Shown piece by piece: positions 16,806 through 26,405 of a stretch of 37,945 bases of DNA. Position numbers and translations under genes: made by a program. Source of the stretch: a virus (lineage: Duplodnaviria; Heunggongvirae; Uroviricota; Caudoviricetes); IMG/VR virus record IMGVR_UViG_2526164597_000009. The stretch is one strand, 5' to 3'. Each line of letters begins with the position of its first letter. Position 1 is the stretch's first letter. A model generated the notes under the pieces. The model had not been told where the DNA came from and ran no database searches. It saw only the letters and a program-made list of their open reading frames with translations.

Positions 16806-17864
16806 ATGAAGAAGAATACCCGCTTTGCTTTTAACGCTTACCTGCAGCAGCTGGCGCGTCTGAACGGTGTGGCAGTTGAAGAACTGTCCAGCAAATTCAC
16901 CGTAGAGCCGTCTGTACAGCAGACGCTGGAAGACCAGATCCAGCAGTCCGCCGCTTTCCTGACGCTGATTAACGTCACGCCAGTGACTGAACAGTCCGGT
17001 CAACTGCTGGGGCTGGGTGTTGGTAGTACCATTGCCGGAACCACTGATACCACCGCGAAAGAGCGTGAACCCGTCGATCCGACGCTGATGGTCGATGTGG
17101 AATACAAATGCGAGCAGACCAACTTTGACACGGTGCTGACCTACGCGAAGCTGGATCTGTGGGCGAAGTTTCAGGATTTCCAGGTGCGTATCCGTGACGC
17201 CATCGTGAAACGTCAGGCACTGGACCGCATCATGATCGGCTTTAACGGCGTGAAGCGTGCGAAAACCTCCAACCGTAGCGAAAACCCGCTGCTGCAGGAT
17301 GTGAACAAAGGCTGGCTGCAGAAAATCCGTGAGGATGCACCGGATCACGTCATGGGCAGCACCACCACGGGCGGTGAAACCACACCGGGCGCGGTGAAAG
17401 TCGGGAAAGGTGGCGAATATGCCAACCTGGACGCCGTGGTGATGGATGCCGTCAATGAGCTTATCGACGTGGTCTACCAGGACGATGACGATCTGGTGGT
17501 GATTTGCGGTCGTGAACTGCTGTCTGACAAGTATTTCCCGCTGGTCAACAAAGAGCAGGAAAACAGTGAAAAACTGGCTGCCGATATGATCATCAGTCAG
17601 AAACGCATGGGTGGCCTGCAGGCCGTGCGTGCGCCGTTCTTCTCGCCGAATGCATTGCTGATCACCCGTCTGGATAACCTGTCCATCTACTGGCAGGAAG
17701 ATACCCGCCGCCGCTCAGTTATCGACAACCCGAAACGTGACCGGATTGAAAACTTTGAATCCGTTAACGAAGCCTATGTGGTTGAGGACTACCGCTGCGC
17801 CGCACTGGTGGAAAACATCCAGATTGGCGACTTCAGCGCCACCGCAGCAGAAACCGGAGCGTAA
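16806..17864 (+). CDS. N: Major capsid protein (P2 gpN-like)
   Basis: 352 aa; size and position match P2 N. Confidence 0.88.
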   Translation: MKKNTRFAFNAYLQQLARLNGVAVEELSSKFTVEPSVQQTLEDQIQQSAAFLTLINVTPVTEQSGQLLGLGVGSTIAGTTDTTAKEREPVDPTLMVDVEYKCEQTNFDTVLTYAKLDLWAKFQDFQVRIRDAIVKRQALDRIMIGFNGVKRAKTSNRSENPLLQDVNKGWLQKIREDAPDHVMGSTTTGGETTPGAVKVGKGGEYANLDAVVMDAVNELIDVVYQDDDDLVVICGRELLSDKYFPLVNKEQENSEKLAADMIISQKRMGGLQAVRAPFFSPNALLITRLDNLSIYWQEDTRRRSVIDNPKRDRIENFESVNEAYVVEDYRCAALVENIQIGDFSATAAETGA

Positions 17865-17867
17865 CCC

Positions 17868-18518
17868 ATGAGCCTGAGTCCCGCACGGCAGCATCGCCTG
17901 CGCGTTCAGGCTGAACAGGCCGCCCGCGAGGGCGGCAGTGTTCGCCACGCGTCGGGCTATGACCTGATGCTGCTGCAACTGGCGGAAGACCGCCGCCGTC
18001 TCAAGGGCGTTCAGTCCACGGTCAAAAAAGCGGAAATCAAAGTGGAGCTGCTGCCGAAGTACGCCGCCTGGGCAGAGGGTGTCCTGGCTGCCGGAGGCGC
18101 TCAACAGGATGACGTGCTGATGTACGTGATGCTGTGGCGCATTGATGCCGGAGATTATGCCGGGGCGCTGGAGATCGGGCGTCATGCCCTGCGTCATGGC
18201 TGGGTGATGCCGCTGGGTAACCGCAACGTGCAGACCGTGCTGGCAGAGGAAATGGCAGACGCCGCGCAGAGCGCAATGCTTGCCGCCACCGGCTTTGATG
18301 CCGATCTGTTGCTGCAGACGCTGGAGCTGACAGACGGTCTGGATATGCCGGACCAGTCACGGGCGCGTCTGCATAAAGCGATTGGCGCTGTCCTGAGTGA
18401 AAGCAACCCGGCTTCCGCCATTAATCATCTCAACCATGCGTTACAGCTCGATCCCCGCTGTGGCGTGAAAAAAGACAAACAGCAGCTGGAGCGCAGACTG
18501 CGAAATGACAGCCGCTGA
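17868..18518 (+). CDS. M: Terminase small (endonuclease) subunit (P2 gpM-like)
   Basis: 216 aa; position after N. Confidence 0.8.
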   Translation: MSLSPARQHRLRVQAEQAAREGGSVRHASGYDLMLLQLAEDRRRLKGVQSTVKKAEIKVELLPKYAAWAEGVLAAGGAQQDDVLMYVMLWRIDAGDYAGALEIGRHALRHGWVMPLGNRNVQTVLAEEMADAAQSAMLAATGFDADLLLQTLELTDGLDMPDQSRARLHKAIGAVLSESNPASAINHLNHALQLDPRCGVKKDKQQLERRLRNDSR

Positions 18519-18613
18519 CAGAACGTGCCCCCGCGCACGGGCGGCACGGGGTGGCGAAAGGCACTGCCACATCAAAACCCCGTCCACCGCCCTCTATTTC
18601 AGGAGAAAGCAGC

Positions 18614-19078
18614 ATGAAGTTTGTTGCGCCAGAACAGGCACCGGAACAGGCGGAAATCATTAGAAATACGCCGTTCTGGCCTGATGTGGACCTGTCGGAG
18701 TTTCGCAGTGTCATGCGCACTGACGGCACGGTGACGCAGCCGCGTTTAAAGCAGGTTGCCCTGTCGGCAATTTCGGAGGTCAACGCAGAGTTGTATGAGT
18801 TTCGCAGACGTCAGCAGATGCTGGGGTATGCGTCGCTGGCTGAGGTTCCGGCGGAACAGCTGGACGGCAAAAGTGAGCGCATTCATCACTATTTCAACGC
18901 GGTTTACTGCTGGGCTCGCGCCATGCTCAACGAGCGTTATCAGGACTATGACGCCACGGCATCCGGTGTGAAGCGGGGCGAGGAACTGGCGGAAGCAAGC
19001 GGTGATTTATGGCGTGACGCCCGCTGGGCCATCAGCCGGGTGCAGGATGCGCCGCACTGCACAGTGGAGCTTATCTGA
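18614..19078 (+). CDS. L: Head completion/stabilisation protein (P2 gpL-like)
   Basis: ORF 18551..19078; start chosen at MKFVAPEQ with AGGAGA RBS; the start could instead be the upstream GTG at 18551. Confidence 0.75.
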   Translation: MKFVAPEQAPEQAEIIRNTPFWPDVDLSEFRSVMRTDGTVTQPRLKQVALSAISEVNAELYEFRRRQQMLGYASLAEVPAEQLDGKSERIHHYFNAVYCWARAMLNERYQDYDATASGVKRGEELAEASGDLWRDARWAISRVQDAPHCTVELI

Positions 19079-19281
19079 TGAAAGTGCGTGCGCATCAGTA
19101 TGACACGGTGGACGCGCTTTGCTGGCGTCATTACGGGCGCACGCAGGGTGTCACGGAGCAGGTACTGAAGGCAAATCCGGGGCTTGCCGAATATGGCCCC
19201 TTTTTACCTCACGGGCTGCAGGTGGAGCTGCCGGACATTCCGACCACCACCACCGTGCAGACCGTCCAGCTATGGGACTGA
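19078..19281 (+). CDS. X: Tail protein X (P2 gpX-like)
   Basis: 67 aa, same size as P2 X; overlaps L stop. Confidence 0.8.
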   Translation: MKVRAHQYDTVDALCWRHYGRTQGVTEQVLKANPGLAEYGPFLPHGLQVELPDIPTTTTVQTVQLWD

Positions 19282-19284
19282 ATT

Positions 19285-19500
19285 ATGACGCTTGAGCGAA
19301 TCAGCGCCTTTATCACGTACTGCATCGCCGTTGTGCTGGCCTGGCTGGGCGATTTGTCCATCAAGGATGCCTCAACGCTGGGCGGCCTGATGATTGGTGT
19401 GCTGATGCTGGCTATCAACTGGTACTACAAACACAAAGCCTACCAGCTTTTGCGCGACGGGCAGATCTCGCGGGAGGACTATGAATCCATCAATCGTTAA
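19285..19500 (+). CDS. Holin
   Basis: 71 aa with two hydrophobic helices and a charged C-terminus; immediately upstream of the endolysin. Confidence 0.6.
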   Translation: MTLERISAFITYCIAVVLAWLGDLSIKDASTLGGLMIGVLMLAINWYYKHKAYQLLRDGQISREDYESINR

Positions 19501-19996
19501 ACGTTGCCTTGTCGGGGCCGTGCTGGCTATTGCTGCCACGCTGCCGGGTTTTCAGCAGCTTCACACCTCCGTGGAAGGGCTGAAACTGATTGCCGATTAC
19601 GAAGGTTGTCGTCTGCAGCCGTATCAGTGCAGCGCGGGTGTCTGGACCGACGGCATTGGTAATACATCGGGCGTCATCCCGGGCAAAACCATTACGGAAC
19701 GACAGGCAGCGGAAGGGCTGATCTCCAACATGCTGCGTGTGGAGCGGGCGCTGGAAAGGTGTGTGAAGCAACAGCCGCCGCAGAAGGTGTATGACGCGGT
19801 GGTGTCGTTTGCCTTCAACGTGGGAACGGGCAATGCCTGCAGTTCCACGCTGGTGAAATTGCTCAATCAGCGGCGCTGGGCGGATGCGTGCCGACAGTTG
19901 CCGCGCTGGGTTTATGTGAAAGGTGTTTTTAATCAGGGGCTGGATAACCGCCGTGCGCGGGAGATGGCCTGGTGCCTTAAAGGAGCTGGACTATGA
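19481..19996 (+). CDS. K: Endolysin, lysozyme family with N-terminal signal-anchor-release (SAR) type hydrophobic segment
   Basis: 171 aa; N-terminal CLVGAVLAIAATLPG; lysozyme motif EGLKLIADYEGCRLQPYQCSAGVWTDGIGNT. Confidence 0.82.
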   Translation: MNPSIVKRCLVGAVLAIAATLPGFQQLHTSVEGLKLIADYEGCRLQPYQCSAGVWTDGIGNTSGVIPGKTITERQAAEGLISNMLRVERALERCVKQQPPQKVYDAVVSFAFNVGTGNACSSTLVKLLNQRRWADACRQLPRWVYVKGVFNQGLDNRRAREMAWCLKGAGL

Positions 19997-20421
19997 CGCG
20001 TGCGCTGGCAGTAGTGGTGGCGCTGGCACTCGTTGCGCTGGGCTGGCAGTCGTGGCGGCTTAACAGCGCCAGCCACACCATCGAAACGCAGCACGCGGCG
20101 CTGAAAAGTAAAGCGCAGGAACTGACGAAGAAAAACAGCCAGCTTATCAGCCTGTCCATTCTGACTGAAACCAATAACCGGGAGCAGGCGCGGCTCTATG
20201 CCGAAGCAGAACAGACCAGCGCACTGCTGAGACAACGACAACACCGGATCGAGGAACTGAAACGTGAGAACGAGGATTTACGCCGCTGGGCTGATACTCC
20301 TTTGCCTGCTGACATTATCCGGCTGCGGGAACGTCCGGCACTCACCGGAGGTACAGCTTACCGTCAGTGGTTGTCCGCGAGTGACGCCGTGTCGGCTGGA
20401 TCAGGCAACGCCGCGCACTAA
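19993..20421 (+). CDS. lysB: i-spanin (LysB/Rz-like)
   Basis: 142 aa, N-terminal TM helix then coiled-coil-like charged region; matches P2 LysB size. Confidence 0.7.
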   Translation: MTRALAVVVALALVALGWQSWRLNSASHTIETQHAALKSKAQELTKKNSQLISLSILTETNNREQARLYAEAEQTSALLRQRQHRIEELKRENEDLRRWADTPLPADIIRLRERPALTGGTAYRQWLSASDAVSAGSGNAAH

Positions 20422-20554
20422 CGGTGATCTGAACGCGTTGCTGGATGAAACGGAGGCCGCCTGGGCGGTCTGTGCAGACAAAGTGGACATGATTATTGCG
20501 TGTCAGGAGCGAAACAGTGAACAAACCACAATCCCTGCGCCACGTCCTCAATAA
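20264..20554 (+). CDS. lysC: o-spanin lipoprotein (LysC/Rz1-like), overlapping lysB in another frame
   Basis: 96 aa (same as P2 LysC), GTG start, lipobox LTLSGC, proline-rich. Confidence 0.65.
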   Translation: MRTRIYAAGLILLCLLTLSGCGNVRHSPEVQLTVSGCPRVTPCRLDQATPRTNGDLNALLDETEAAWAVCADKVDMIIACQERNSEQTTIPAPRPQ

Positions 20555-20948
20555 AGCGGTGCCTTATGTCCGCAATAACCCGGACAAACTGCATCTGTTT
20601 GTGGATAACGGTTCGCTGGTTGCCACGGGGGCCAGTTCCATGTCGTGGGAGTACCGTTACACCCTGAACGCGGTGATTGAGGATTTCAGCGGCGACCAGA
20701 ATCTGCTGATGGCCCCGGTTTTGCTGTGGCTGCGGGATAACCAGCCCGATGCCATCAATAACCCGGCGTTACGGGAAAAACTATTTACCTTTGAGGTGGA
20801 TATTCTGCGCAACGATGTCTGTGATATCAGCCTTAACCTGCAACTGACGGAACGTGTGCTGGTCAGCACTGACGGCAGTGTGTCGAGCGTTGAAGCTGTA
20901 GCAGAACCCGATGAACCTGAAGAAATGTGGACGGTGAAACGTGGCTGA
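20517..20948 (+). CDS. R: Tail completion protein (P2 gpR-like)
   Basis: Matches recalled P2 R (DSLR...FVDNGS...YTLN...WLR.NQPD); GTG start with AGGAG RBS. Confidence 0.8.
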   Translation: MNKPQSLRHVLNKAVPYVRNNPDKLHLFVDNGSLVATGASSMSWEYRYTLNAVIEDFSGDQNLLMAPVLLWLRDNQPDAINNPALREKLFTFEVDILRNDVCDISLNLQLTERVLVSTDGSVSSVEAVAEPDEPEEMWTVKRG

Positions 20949-21387
20949 ACTGCAGAAGGTGGACGACTGGCTTAGTGCCTTACTGGCGAATCTGGAACCA
21001 GTCGCAAGAAGCCGCATGATGCGCCAGCTGGCGCAGGAACTGCGCCGGACACAGCAGCAGAATATCAGGATGCAGCGCAATCCAGATGGCAGCAGTTATG
21101 AACCGCGCAAGGTCACGGCGCGCAGTAAAAAAGGCCGCATCAAACGTCAGATGTTTGCAAAGCTGCGCACCACCAAATACCTGAAAACCGCCGCCAGCGC
21201 CGACTCTGCCAGCGTACAGTTTGAAAGTAAGGTGCAGCGCATTGCCCGCGTTCACCATTATGGCCTGCGCGATCGCGTCAGCCGCAAAGGACCGGAAGTG
21301 CGTTACGCAGAGCGTCGTTTGTTGGGTCTTAATGGTGAGTCTTACGTTCTAACTCTTGATATATTGAATAGATTCCTTCTGTCTTGA
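20941..21387 (+). CDS. S: Tail completion protein (P2 gpS-like); the last about 17 codons run into low-GC inserted DNA
   Basis: 148 aa; GTG start overlapping R; 3' end overlaps the convergent cargo gene. Confidence 0.75.
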   Translation: MAELQKVDDWLSALLANLEPVARSRMMRQLAQELRRTQQQNIRMQRNPDGSSYEPRKVTARSKKGRIKRQMFAKLRTTKYLKTAASADSASVQFESKVQRIARVHHYGLRDRVSRKGPEVRYAERRLLGLNGESYVLTLDILNRFLLS

Positions 21388-22135
21388 ATTCACCATATGC
21401 CCAATGAATTGCATTTTTTTGTTCAGTCAGAATATATTTCCTAACTTTTTTAGAATAGTGAATGGTCAGTATAAAACCCAAAGAAATCCATAATAGAATA
21501 AATATGGTTGTTGGGGCAAAGGAATAGATAAAGAATTTGTCTTTAACGAAATTCTTGACTTCTTCATCAATGTAAGCATTCCCTTCATCAGTGGTTAGTA
21601 GTTTACAAAGAATTTCTTTATGCTCGATAGTTAATGATTTGTACTTCTCTGTACTGGCAGAGGATGACTCTTCGCAATCATCCTTTGATATTTCCCAATC
21701 AGGAGTGGTTAATATTGTAGCTGCAGTCGCCAGTTTTTTTGACATATAAAATGATTCACCGGATTTTATCCAATAAAGCAATGTGCTATTTGGTGGGGTT
21801 CTAATGGCTTGGATGAAAACTGGACCAAAAATATAAATTGCACACAAAAAAAGAAGTGAAAAGAGAACCGTGATTGATTTTTCAGCCCATGTGATAGTAG
21901 GCAGCCTTTTTAATGATATTCGTATAAGAAAAAAATTTAATATAAACGCAGGTATTCCTGATTTTTTCAAAATTACATCATGAGATTTTCTATATTTGAA
22001 TAGTGCTCTTATAACTATCGTCACCAAAGTTATAACAGCTCCAATAATGGAAATCCATGCGGCAAGTGCCGCTGCCGGGGTGTTTAAAAATTCAGCATTA
22101 AATATATTAGAACTTATTGGATTCATAACACTCAT
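21329..22135 (-). CDS. Hypothetical membrane protein moron between S and V (P2 orf30 position)
   Basis: 268 aa in low-GC DNA on the opposite strand to the late operon; TM segments near both termini (WISIIGAVITLVTIVI, FIYSFAPTTIFILLWISLGFILTI). Confidence 0.6.
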   Translation of the reverse strand: MSVMNPISSNIFNAEFLNTPAAALAAWISIIGAVITLVTIVIRALFKYRKSHDVILKKSGIPAFILNFFLIRISLKRLPTITWAEKSITVLFSLLFLCAIYIFGPVFIQAIRTPPNSTLLYWIKSGESFYMSKKLATAATILTTPDWEISKDDCEESSSASTEKYKSLTIEHKEILCKLLTTDEGNAYIDEEVKNFVKDKFFIYSFAPTTIFILLWISLGFILTIHYSKKVRKYILTEQKNAIHWAYGEFKTEGIYSIYQELERKTHH

Positions 22136-22174
22136 TTATCCACCTATTGGTTGTTTTTTATCCTTTTATCAATT

Positions 22175-22192
22175 TGTACCATCGATACCACA
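22175..22192. promoter_or_regulatory. Candidate Ogr-binding site (TGT-N12-ACA) upstream of V
   Basis: TGTaccatcgataccACA about 50 bp upstream of the V start codon. Confidence 0.35.
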
Positions 22193-22238
22193 ATTTGCAA
22201 GAAGTTATAAACAAGTTTTCAGCTGTCATCATATATCT

Positions 22239-22817
22239 ATGAACGCACAACTAACCGAAATCATGCGCCTTATCACCAATCTGATCCGCATAGGTGTAGT
22301 CACCGAAGTGGACCGGGAAAACTGGCTTTGTCGGGTGAAAACGGGCGACCTTGAAACCAACTGGATTAACTGGCTGACGCTGCGCGCGGGTAATGCCCGC
22401 ACATGGTGGCGACCATCGGAAGGTGAGCAGGTGGTACTGCTGAGTCTGGGCGGCAATCTGGAAACAGCCTTTGCTTTGCCCGCCATCTATTCTAATCAGT
22501 TTGCACCGCCGTCGCAGTCGGTGGACGCCTGTGTGACAGAACATCCTGATGGTGGCTGGTTTGAATACGAACCCACTACCGGGCGCTGGTATGTCAGGGG
22601 CATCAAATCCATGGTCATTGAGGCTGCCGACAACATCACCCTGAAAACCAGTGAGTTTGTGCTGGAGGCTGACCGCACGCGTATTAACAGCGAAGTAGTG
22701 ATCAATGGTGGCGTTACCCAGGGCGGCGGTGCAATGAGTTCTAACGGAATTGTGGTTGATGCACATCAGCATACTGGCGTCCTGAAAGGCGGCGACACAA
22801 CCGGAGGCCCGGTATGA
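22239..22817 (+). CDS. V: Baseplate assembly protein / spike (P2 gpV-like)
   Basis: 193 aa from MNAQLTEIMRLI...; longer ORF-track version begins in the inserted low-GC DNA. Confidence 0.85.
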   Translation: MNAQLTEIMRLITNLIRIGVVTEVDRENWLCRVKTGDLETNWINWLTLRAGNARTWWRPSEGEQVVLLSLGGNLETAFALPAIYSNQFAPPSQSVDACVTEHPDGGWFEYEPTTGRWYVRGIKSMVIEAADNITLKTSEFVLEADRTRINSEVVINGGVTQGGGAMSSNGIVVDAHQHTGVLKGGDTTGGPV

Positions 22818-23173
22818 CGCTTTATAGCGGGATGAACAATACCAGCGGCAAAGTCATTACTGATATTGACCATCTGCGCCAGTCGGTGCGGGACATTCTG
22901 CTGACGCCGCAGGGTAGCCGCATTGCCCGTCGGGAATATGGTTCCCTGCTGTCGGCACTGATAGATCAGCCACAAAATCCGGCGTTACGCCTGCAGGTCA
23001 TGTCGGCAGTGTATGTGGCGCTGAGTCGCTGGGAGCCACGGCTGACGCTGGATTCCATCACCATCAACAGCCATTTTGACGGTTCAATGGTGGTGGAGCT
23101 GAGCGGGCGGCGTAATAACGGTGTGCCTGTTTCCCTTTCCGTATCAACAGGAGCAGAGAATGGCAGTGATTGA
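22814..23173 (+). CDS. W: Baseplate protein (P2 gpW-like)
   Basis: 119 aa; stop/start overlap with V. Confidence 0.85.
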   Translation: MTLYSGMNNTSGKVITDIDHLRQSVRDILLTPQGSRIARREYGSLLSALIDQPQNPALRLQVMSAVYVALSRWEPRLTLDSITINSHFDGSMVVELSGRRNNGVPVSLSVSTGAENGSD

Positions 23174-24068
23174 CCTTTCGCAGTTGCCTGCGCCGCAGAT
23201 TGTGGATGTGCCGGACTTTGAGACGCTGCTTGCCGAACGCAAGGCCGAATTTGTGGCGCTTCATCCGAAAGATGAGCAGGAAGCAGTGATCCGCACGCTG
23301 GAACTGGAATCTGAACCCGTTACCAAATTGTTGCAGGAGAACGCTTATCGTGAGTTGCTTCTGCGCCAGCGCATTAACGAAGCCGCGCAGGCGGTGATGG
23401 TGGCTTACGCGATGGGCGGCGATCTTGACCAGCTCGCTGCTAACTACAACGTGAAACGCCTGACGGTGACACCTGCTGATGATGACGCTGTACCGCCCGT
23501 TGCGGCTGTGATGGAAAGTGATGAAGCGTTACGCCTGCGTGTGCCTGCAGCCTTTGAAGGGCTTTCTGTTGCGGGGCCAACTGCCGCTTATGAGTTTCAT
23601 GCACGAAGCGCCGACGGTCGGGTGGCGGATGCCAGTGCAACCAGTCCGGCACCTGCAGAGGTGGTACTGACTGTCCTTAGCCGCGAAGGCGACGGAACAG
23701 CAGAAAAAGACTTGCTGGATGTGGTGGAGAACGCCCTGAACAGTGAGAACGTCCGCCCGGTGGCTGACCGTCTGACGGTTCGCAGCGCAGAAATCATCCC
23801 GTACCGCGTGGAAGCCACCATTTTTCTTTATCCGGGACCGGAAGCAGAGCCGGTAATGGCAGCGGCAAAAGCCAGCCTGCAGAAGTACATCGCCAGTCAG
23901 ACGCGGCTTGGTCGGGATATTCGCCGTAGTGCCATTTTTGCCGCGCTGCATGTTGAGGGGGTTCAACGTGTGGAGCTGACTTCACCGCTGGCTGATGTGG
24001 TCCTGAACAAAACACAGGCCGCCTCATGTACGCAGTGGAGCGTAACCAACGGAGGAACGGATGAATAG
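23160..24068 (+). CDS. J: Baseplate protein (P2 gpJ-like)
   Basis: 302 aa from MAVIDLSQLPAPQIV with AGGAG RBS; same length as P2 J. Confidence 0.85.
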   Translation: MAVIDLSQLPAPQIVDVPDFETLLAERKAEFVALHPKDEQEAVIRTLELESEPVTKLLQENAYRELLLRQRINEAAQAVMVAYAMGGDLDQLAANYNVKRLTVTPADDDAVPPVAAVMESDEALRLRVPAAFEGLSVAGPTAAYEFHARSADGRVADASATSPAPAEVVLTVLSREGDGTAEKDLLDVVENALNSENVRPVADRLTVRSAEIIPYRVEATIFLYPGPEAEPVMAAAKASLQKYIASQTRLGRDIRRSAIFAALHVEGVQRVELTSPLADVVLNKTQAASCTQWSVTNGGTDE

Positions 24069-24666
24069 TCTGCTGCCACCAGGTTCAACGCTACTGGAGC
24101 GCCGACTGGCGCAGACCTGTAGCGGGATTTCTGATCTGCAGGTGCCGCTGCGTGACTTGTGGAATCCGGCAACCTGTCCGGTCAGTTTCCTGCCTTATCT
24201 CGCTTGGGCGTTCTCTGTGGATCGCTGGGACGAGGGCTGGACTGAAAGCGTCAAACGTCAGGTGGTGAAGGATGCTTTTTATATTCATCAGAATAAAGGA
24301 ACCACCAGTGCCGTGCGGCGGGTGGTGGAACCGTTCGGATTCCTGATCCGCATTATTGAGTGGTGGCAGACCGGCGAAACACCGGGCACGTTTCGCCTGG
24401 ATATCGGCGTGCAGGATCAGGGCATCACTGAAGATACCTATCTGGAACTTGAGCGACTGATAAGCGATGCCAAACCATGTAGCCGTCACATGATCGGCAT
24501 GTCCATCAATCTGCAGACCAGCGGCCCGCATTGGGTGGGAGCCGCCAGCTATCTTGGCGAAGAAATCACGATCTATCCGTATATCAACGAAACAATTATT
24601 TCCGGCGGCACCGCGCATGAAGGCGGGGCGGTCCATGTTATTGACACAATGAGAGTGAATCCATGA
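24061..24666 (+). CDS. I: Baseplate/tail protein (P2 gpI-like)
   Basis: 201 aa; overlaps J and H. Confidence 0.8.
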   Translation: MNSLLPPGSTLLERRLAQTCSGISDLQVPLRDLWNPATCPVSFLPYLAWAFSVDRWDEGWTESVKRQVVKDAFYIHQNKGTTSAVRRVVEPFGFLIRIIEWWQTGETPGTFRLDIGVQDQGITEDTYLELERLISDAKPCSRHMIGMSINLQTSGPHWVGAASYLGEEITIYPYINETIISGGTAHEGGAVHVIDTMRVNP

Positions 24667-26405
24667 GCACAAAATTTTATACCCTGCTGACGGATATTGG
24701 CGCGGCGAAACTTGCCAGCGCCGCCGCGCTCGGTGTGCCTTTAAAAATTACCCATATGGCGGTCGGCGATGGCGGCGGAACATTACCAACGCCGGACGCA
24801 AAGCAGACAGCACTGGTAAATGAGAAACGCCGGGCTGCGCTGAATATGCTCTATATCGACCCGCAGAACAGCAGCCAGATTATTGCTGAACAGGTGATCC
24901 CTGAAAACGAGGGCGGTTGGTGGATACGTGAAGTGGGCTTGTTTGATGAGTCCGGGGCATTGATTGCCGTGGGTAACTGCCCGGAAAGCTATAAGCCGCA
25001 ACTGGCTGAAGGCAGTGGGCGTACCCAGACCGTGCGCATGGTGCTGATTACCAGCAGTACGGGCAATATCATCCTGAAAATCGACCCTGCTGTAGTGCTG
25101 GCAACCCGCAAGTATGTGGATGACAAGGCACTGGAGCTGAAGGTGTACGTGGATGACCTGATAGCAAAACATCTTGCCGCACTGGACCCGCATTCACAGT
25201 ATGCACCCAAAGAAAGTCCGACATTTACCGGAACCCCCAAAGCGCCAACGCCAGCGGCGGGGAATAATACCACTCAGCTTGCGACCACCGCATTTGTTCA
25301 GGCGGCACTGACGGCCCTGATTAATGGTGCGCCAGCCACGCTGGACACGCTGAAAGAAATAGCCGCAGCCATTAACAATGACCCGAAATTCAGTACCACC
25401 ATTAACAATGCGCTGGCACTGAAAGCGCCGCTGTCGAGTCCGGCACTCACCGGAACGCCAACAGCCCCCACGGCGGCGCAGTCGGTCAACAATACACAGA
25501 TTGCCACTACGGCTTTTGTGAAATCGGCGATTGCGGCAATGGTGGGTTCTGCACCTGCGGCACTGGATACACTGAACGAACTGGCGGCGGCACTGGGGAA
25601 TGATCCGAACTTTGCCACGACAATGCTTAATGCGCTGGCAGGTAAACAACCGCTGGACAATACGCTGACTAATTTGAGTGGAAAGGATGTAGCTGGTCTT
25701 CTCACATACCTTGGTTTGGGAGAAGCCAGATTCTCTGGTCGTTTGTTAAACACGAATATTTTTAAAAGTTCTGGAAAATATATCCCAACACCAGGGACAA
25801 AAAAGATAAGGGTCATTGCCTCTGGTGGTGGCGGCGGCGGCGGTGGGGTTCCTGAAACAACAGAAAATCAGCAGGCAACAGCCGGAGCTGGATTGAGCGG
25901 CGCATTTATTGAAGCATTTTTCGAGGTTGATAATGATTTCGAAGTCAACGTTATTATCGGTGCTGCAGGTAAAGGGGGGGGAGCCGGAAGAAATTCAGGT
26001 AGTGAAGGTGGCACAACTTATTTCGGTTCCATGATAACTGCACCTGGTGGTACAGGCGGTGGCGCGGGGGGAGCATCTGCAAACACATCATATATTCAGG
26101 GTATTTCATGGGGTGCCAGTCCGACATCGTCCGGCACTGTACTAAGAGCATTTCGCTGTAGTGCAAAAACACCAGGAGCAATGGTTATCTCTGTTAAAGC
26201 TGTAGCAGGTGGTACCGGGGGGGATACACCATTAGGTTCAGGCGGTATAGGTGGTGCAAGTTCTTCATCATTCAGAGGACGTGGTGGTGGTAAAGCTGAG
26301 GGCTTTGGTGCTGGCGGAGGCGGAGCCTGCGCACCTGCTGGAAGTGAGGCTCAATCGGGAGGTGACGGTGCCCCGGGAATAGTTATTGTTGAGGAGTATG
26401 CCTGA
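24663..26405 (+). CDS. H: Tail fibre protein (P2 gpH-like) with constant N-terminal part and an invertible variable C-terminal part
   Basis: 580 aa; N-terminus MSTKFYTLLTDIGAAKLASAAALGVPLKITHMAVGDGGG typical of P2 H; tandem fibre repeats; glycine-rich C-terminal domain. Confidence 0.85.
   Translation: MSTKFYTLLTDIGAAKLASAAALGVPLKITHMAVGDGGGTLPTPDAKQTALVNEKRRAALNMLYIDPQNSSQIIAEQVIPENEGGWWIREVGLFDESGALIAVGNCPESYKPQLAEGSGRTQTVRMVLITSSTGNIILKIDPAVVLATRKYVDDKALELKVYVDDLIAKHLAALDPHSQYAPKESPTFTGTPKAPTPAAGNNTTQLATTAFVQAALTALINGAPATLDTLKEIAAAINNDPKFSTTINNALALKAPLSSPALTGTPTAPTAAQSVNNTQIATTAFVKSAIAAMVGSAPAALDTLNELAAALGNDPNFATTMLNALAGKQPLDNTLTNLSGKDVAGLLTYLGLGEARFSGRLLNTNIFKSSGKYIPTPGTKKIRVIASGGGGGGGGVPETTENQQATAGAGLSGAFIEAFFEVDNDFEVNVIIGAAGKGGGAGRNSGSEGGTTYFGSMITAPGGTGGGAGGASANTSYIQGISWGASPTSSGTVLRAFRCSAKTPGAMVISVKAVAGGTGGDTPLGSGGIGGASSSSFRGRGGGKAEGFGAGGGGACAPAGSEAQSGGDGAPGIVIVEEYA
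25215..25656 (+). repeat. Tandem duplication (two copies of about 215 bp) encoding tail-fibre repeat modules within H
   Basis: Protein repeats PTFTGTPKAPT...TTAFVQAAL...LDTLKEIAAAINNDP and PALTGTPTAPT...TTAFVKSAI...LDTLNELAAALGNDP. Confidence 0.5.
25699..25724. promoter_or_regulatory. DNA-invertase crossover site (left; Gin/Hin/Cin/Pin-type 26-bp site) inside H
   Basis: TTCTCACATACCTTGGTTTGGGAGAA; its right half is the reverse complement of the right site's left half. Confidence 0.6.

Noticed and set aside
16259-17348. Minus-strand ORFs (151 and 220 aa) overlapping the scaffold and capsid genes
   Set aside because: Antisense to O and N, which have strong positional and sequence support; no independent signals
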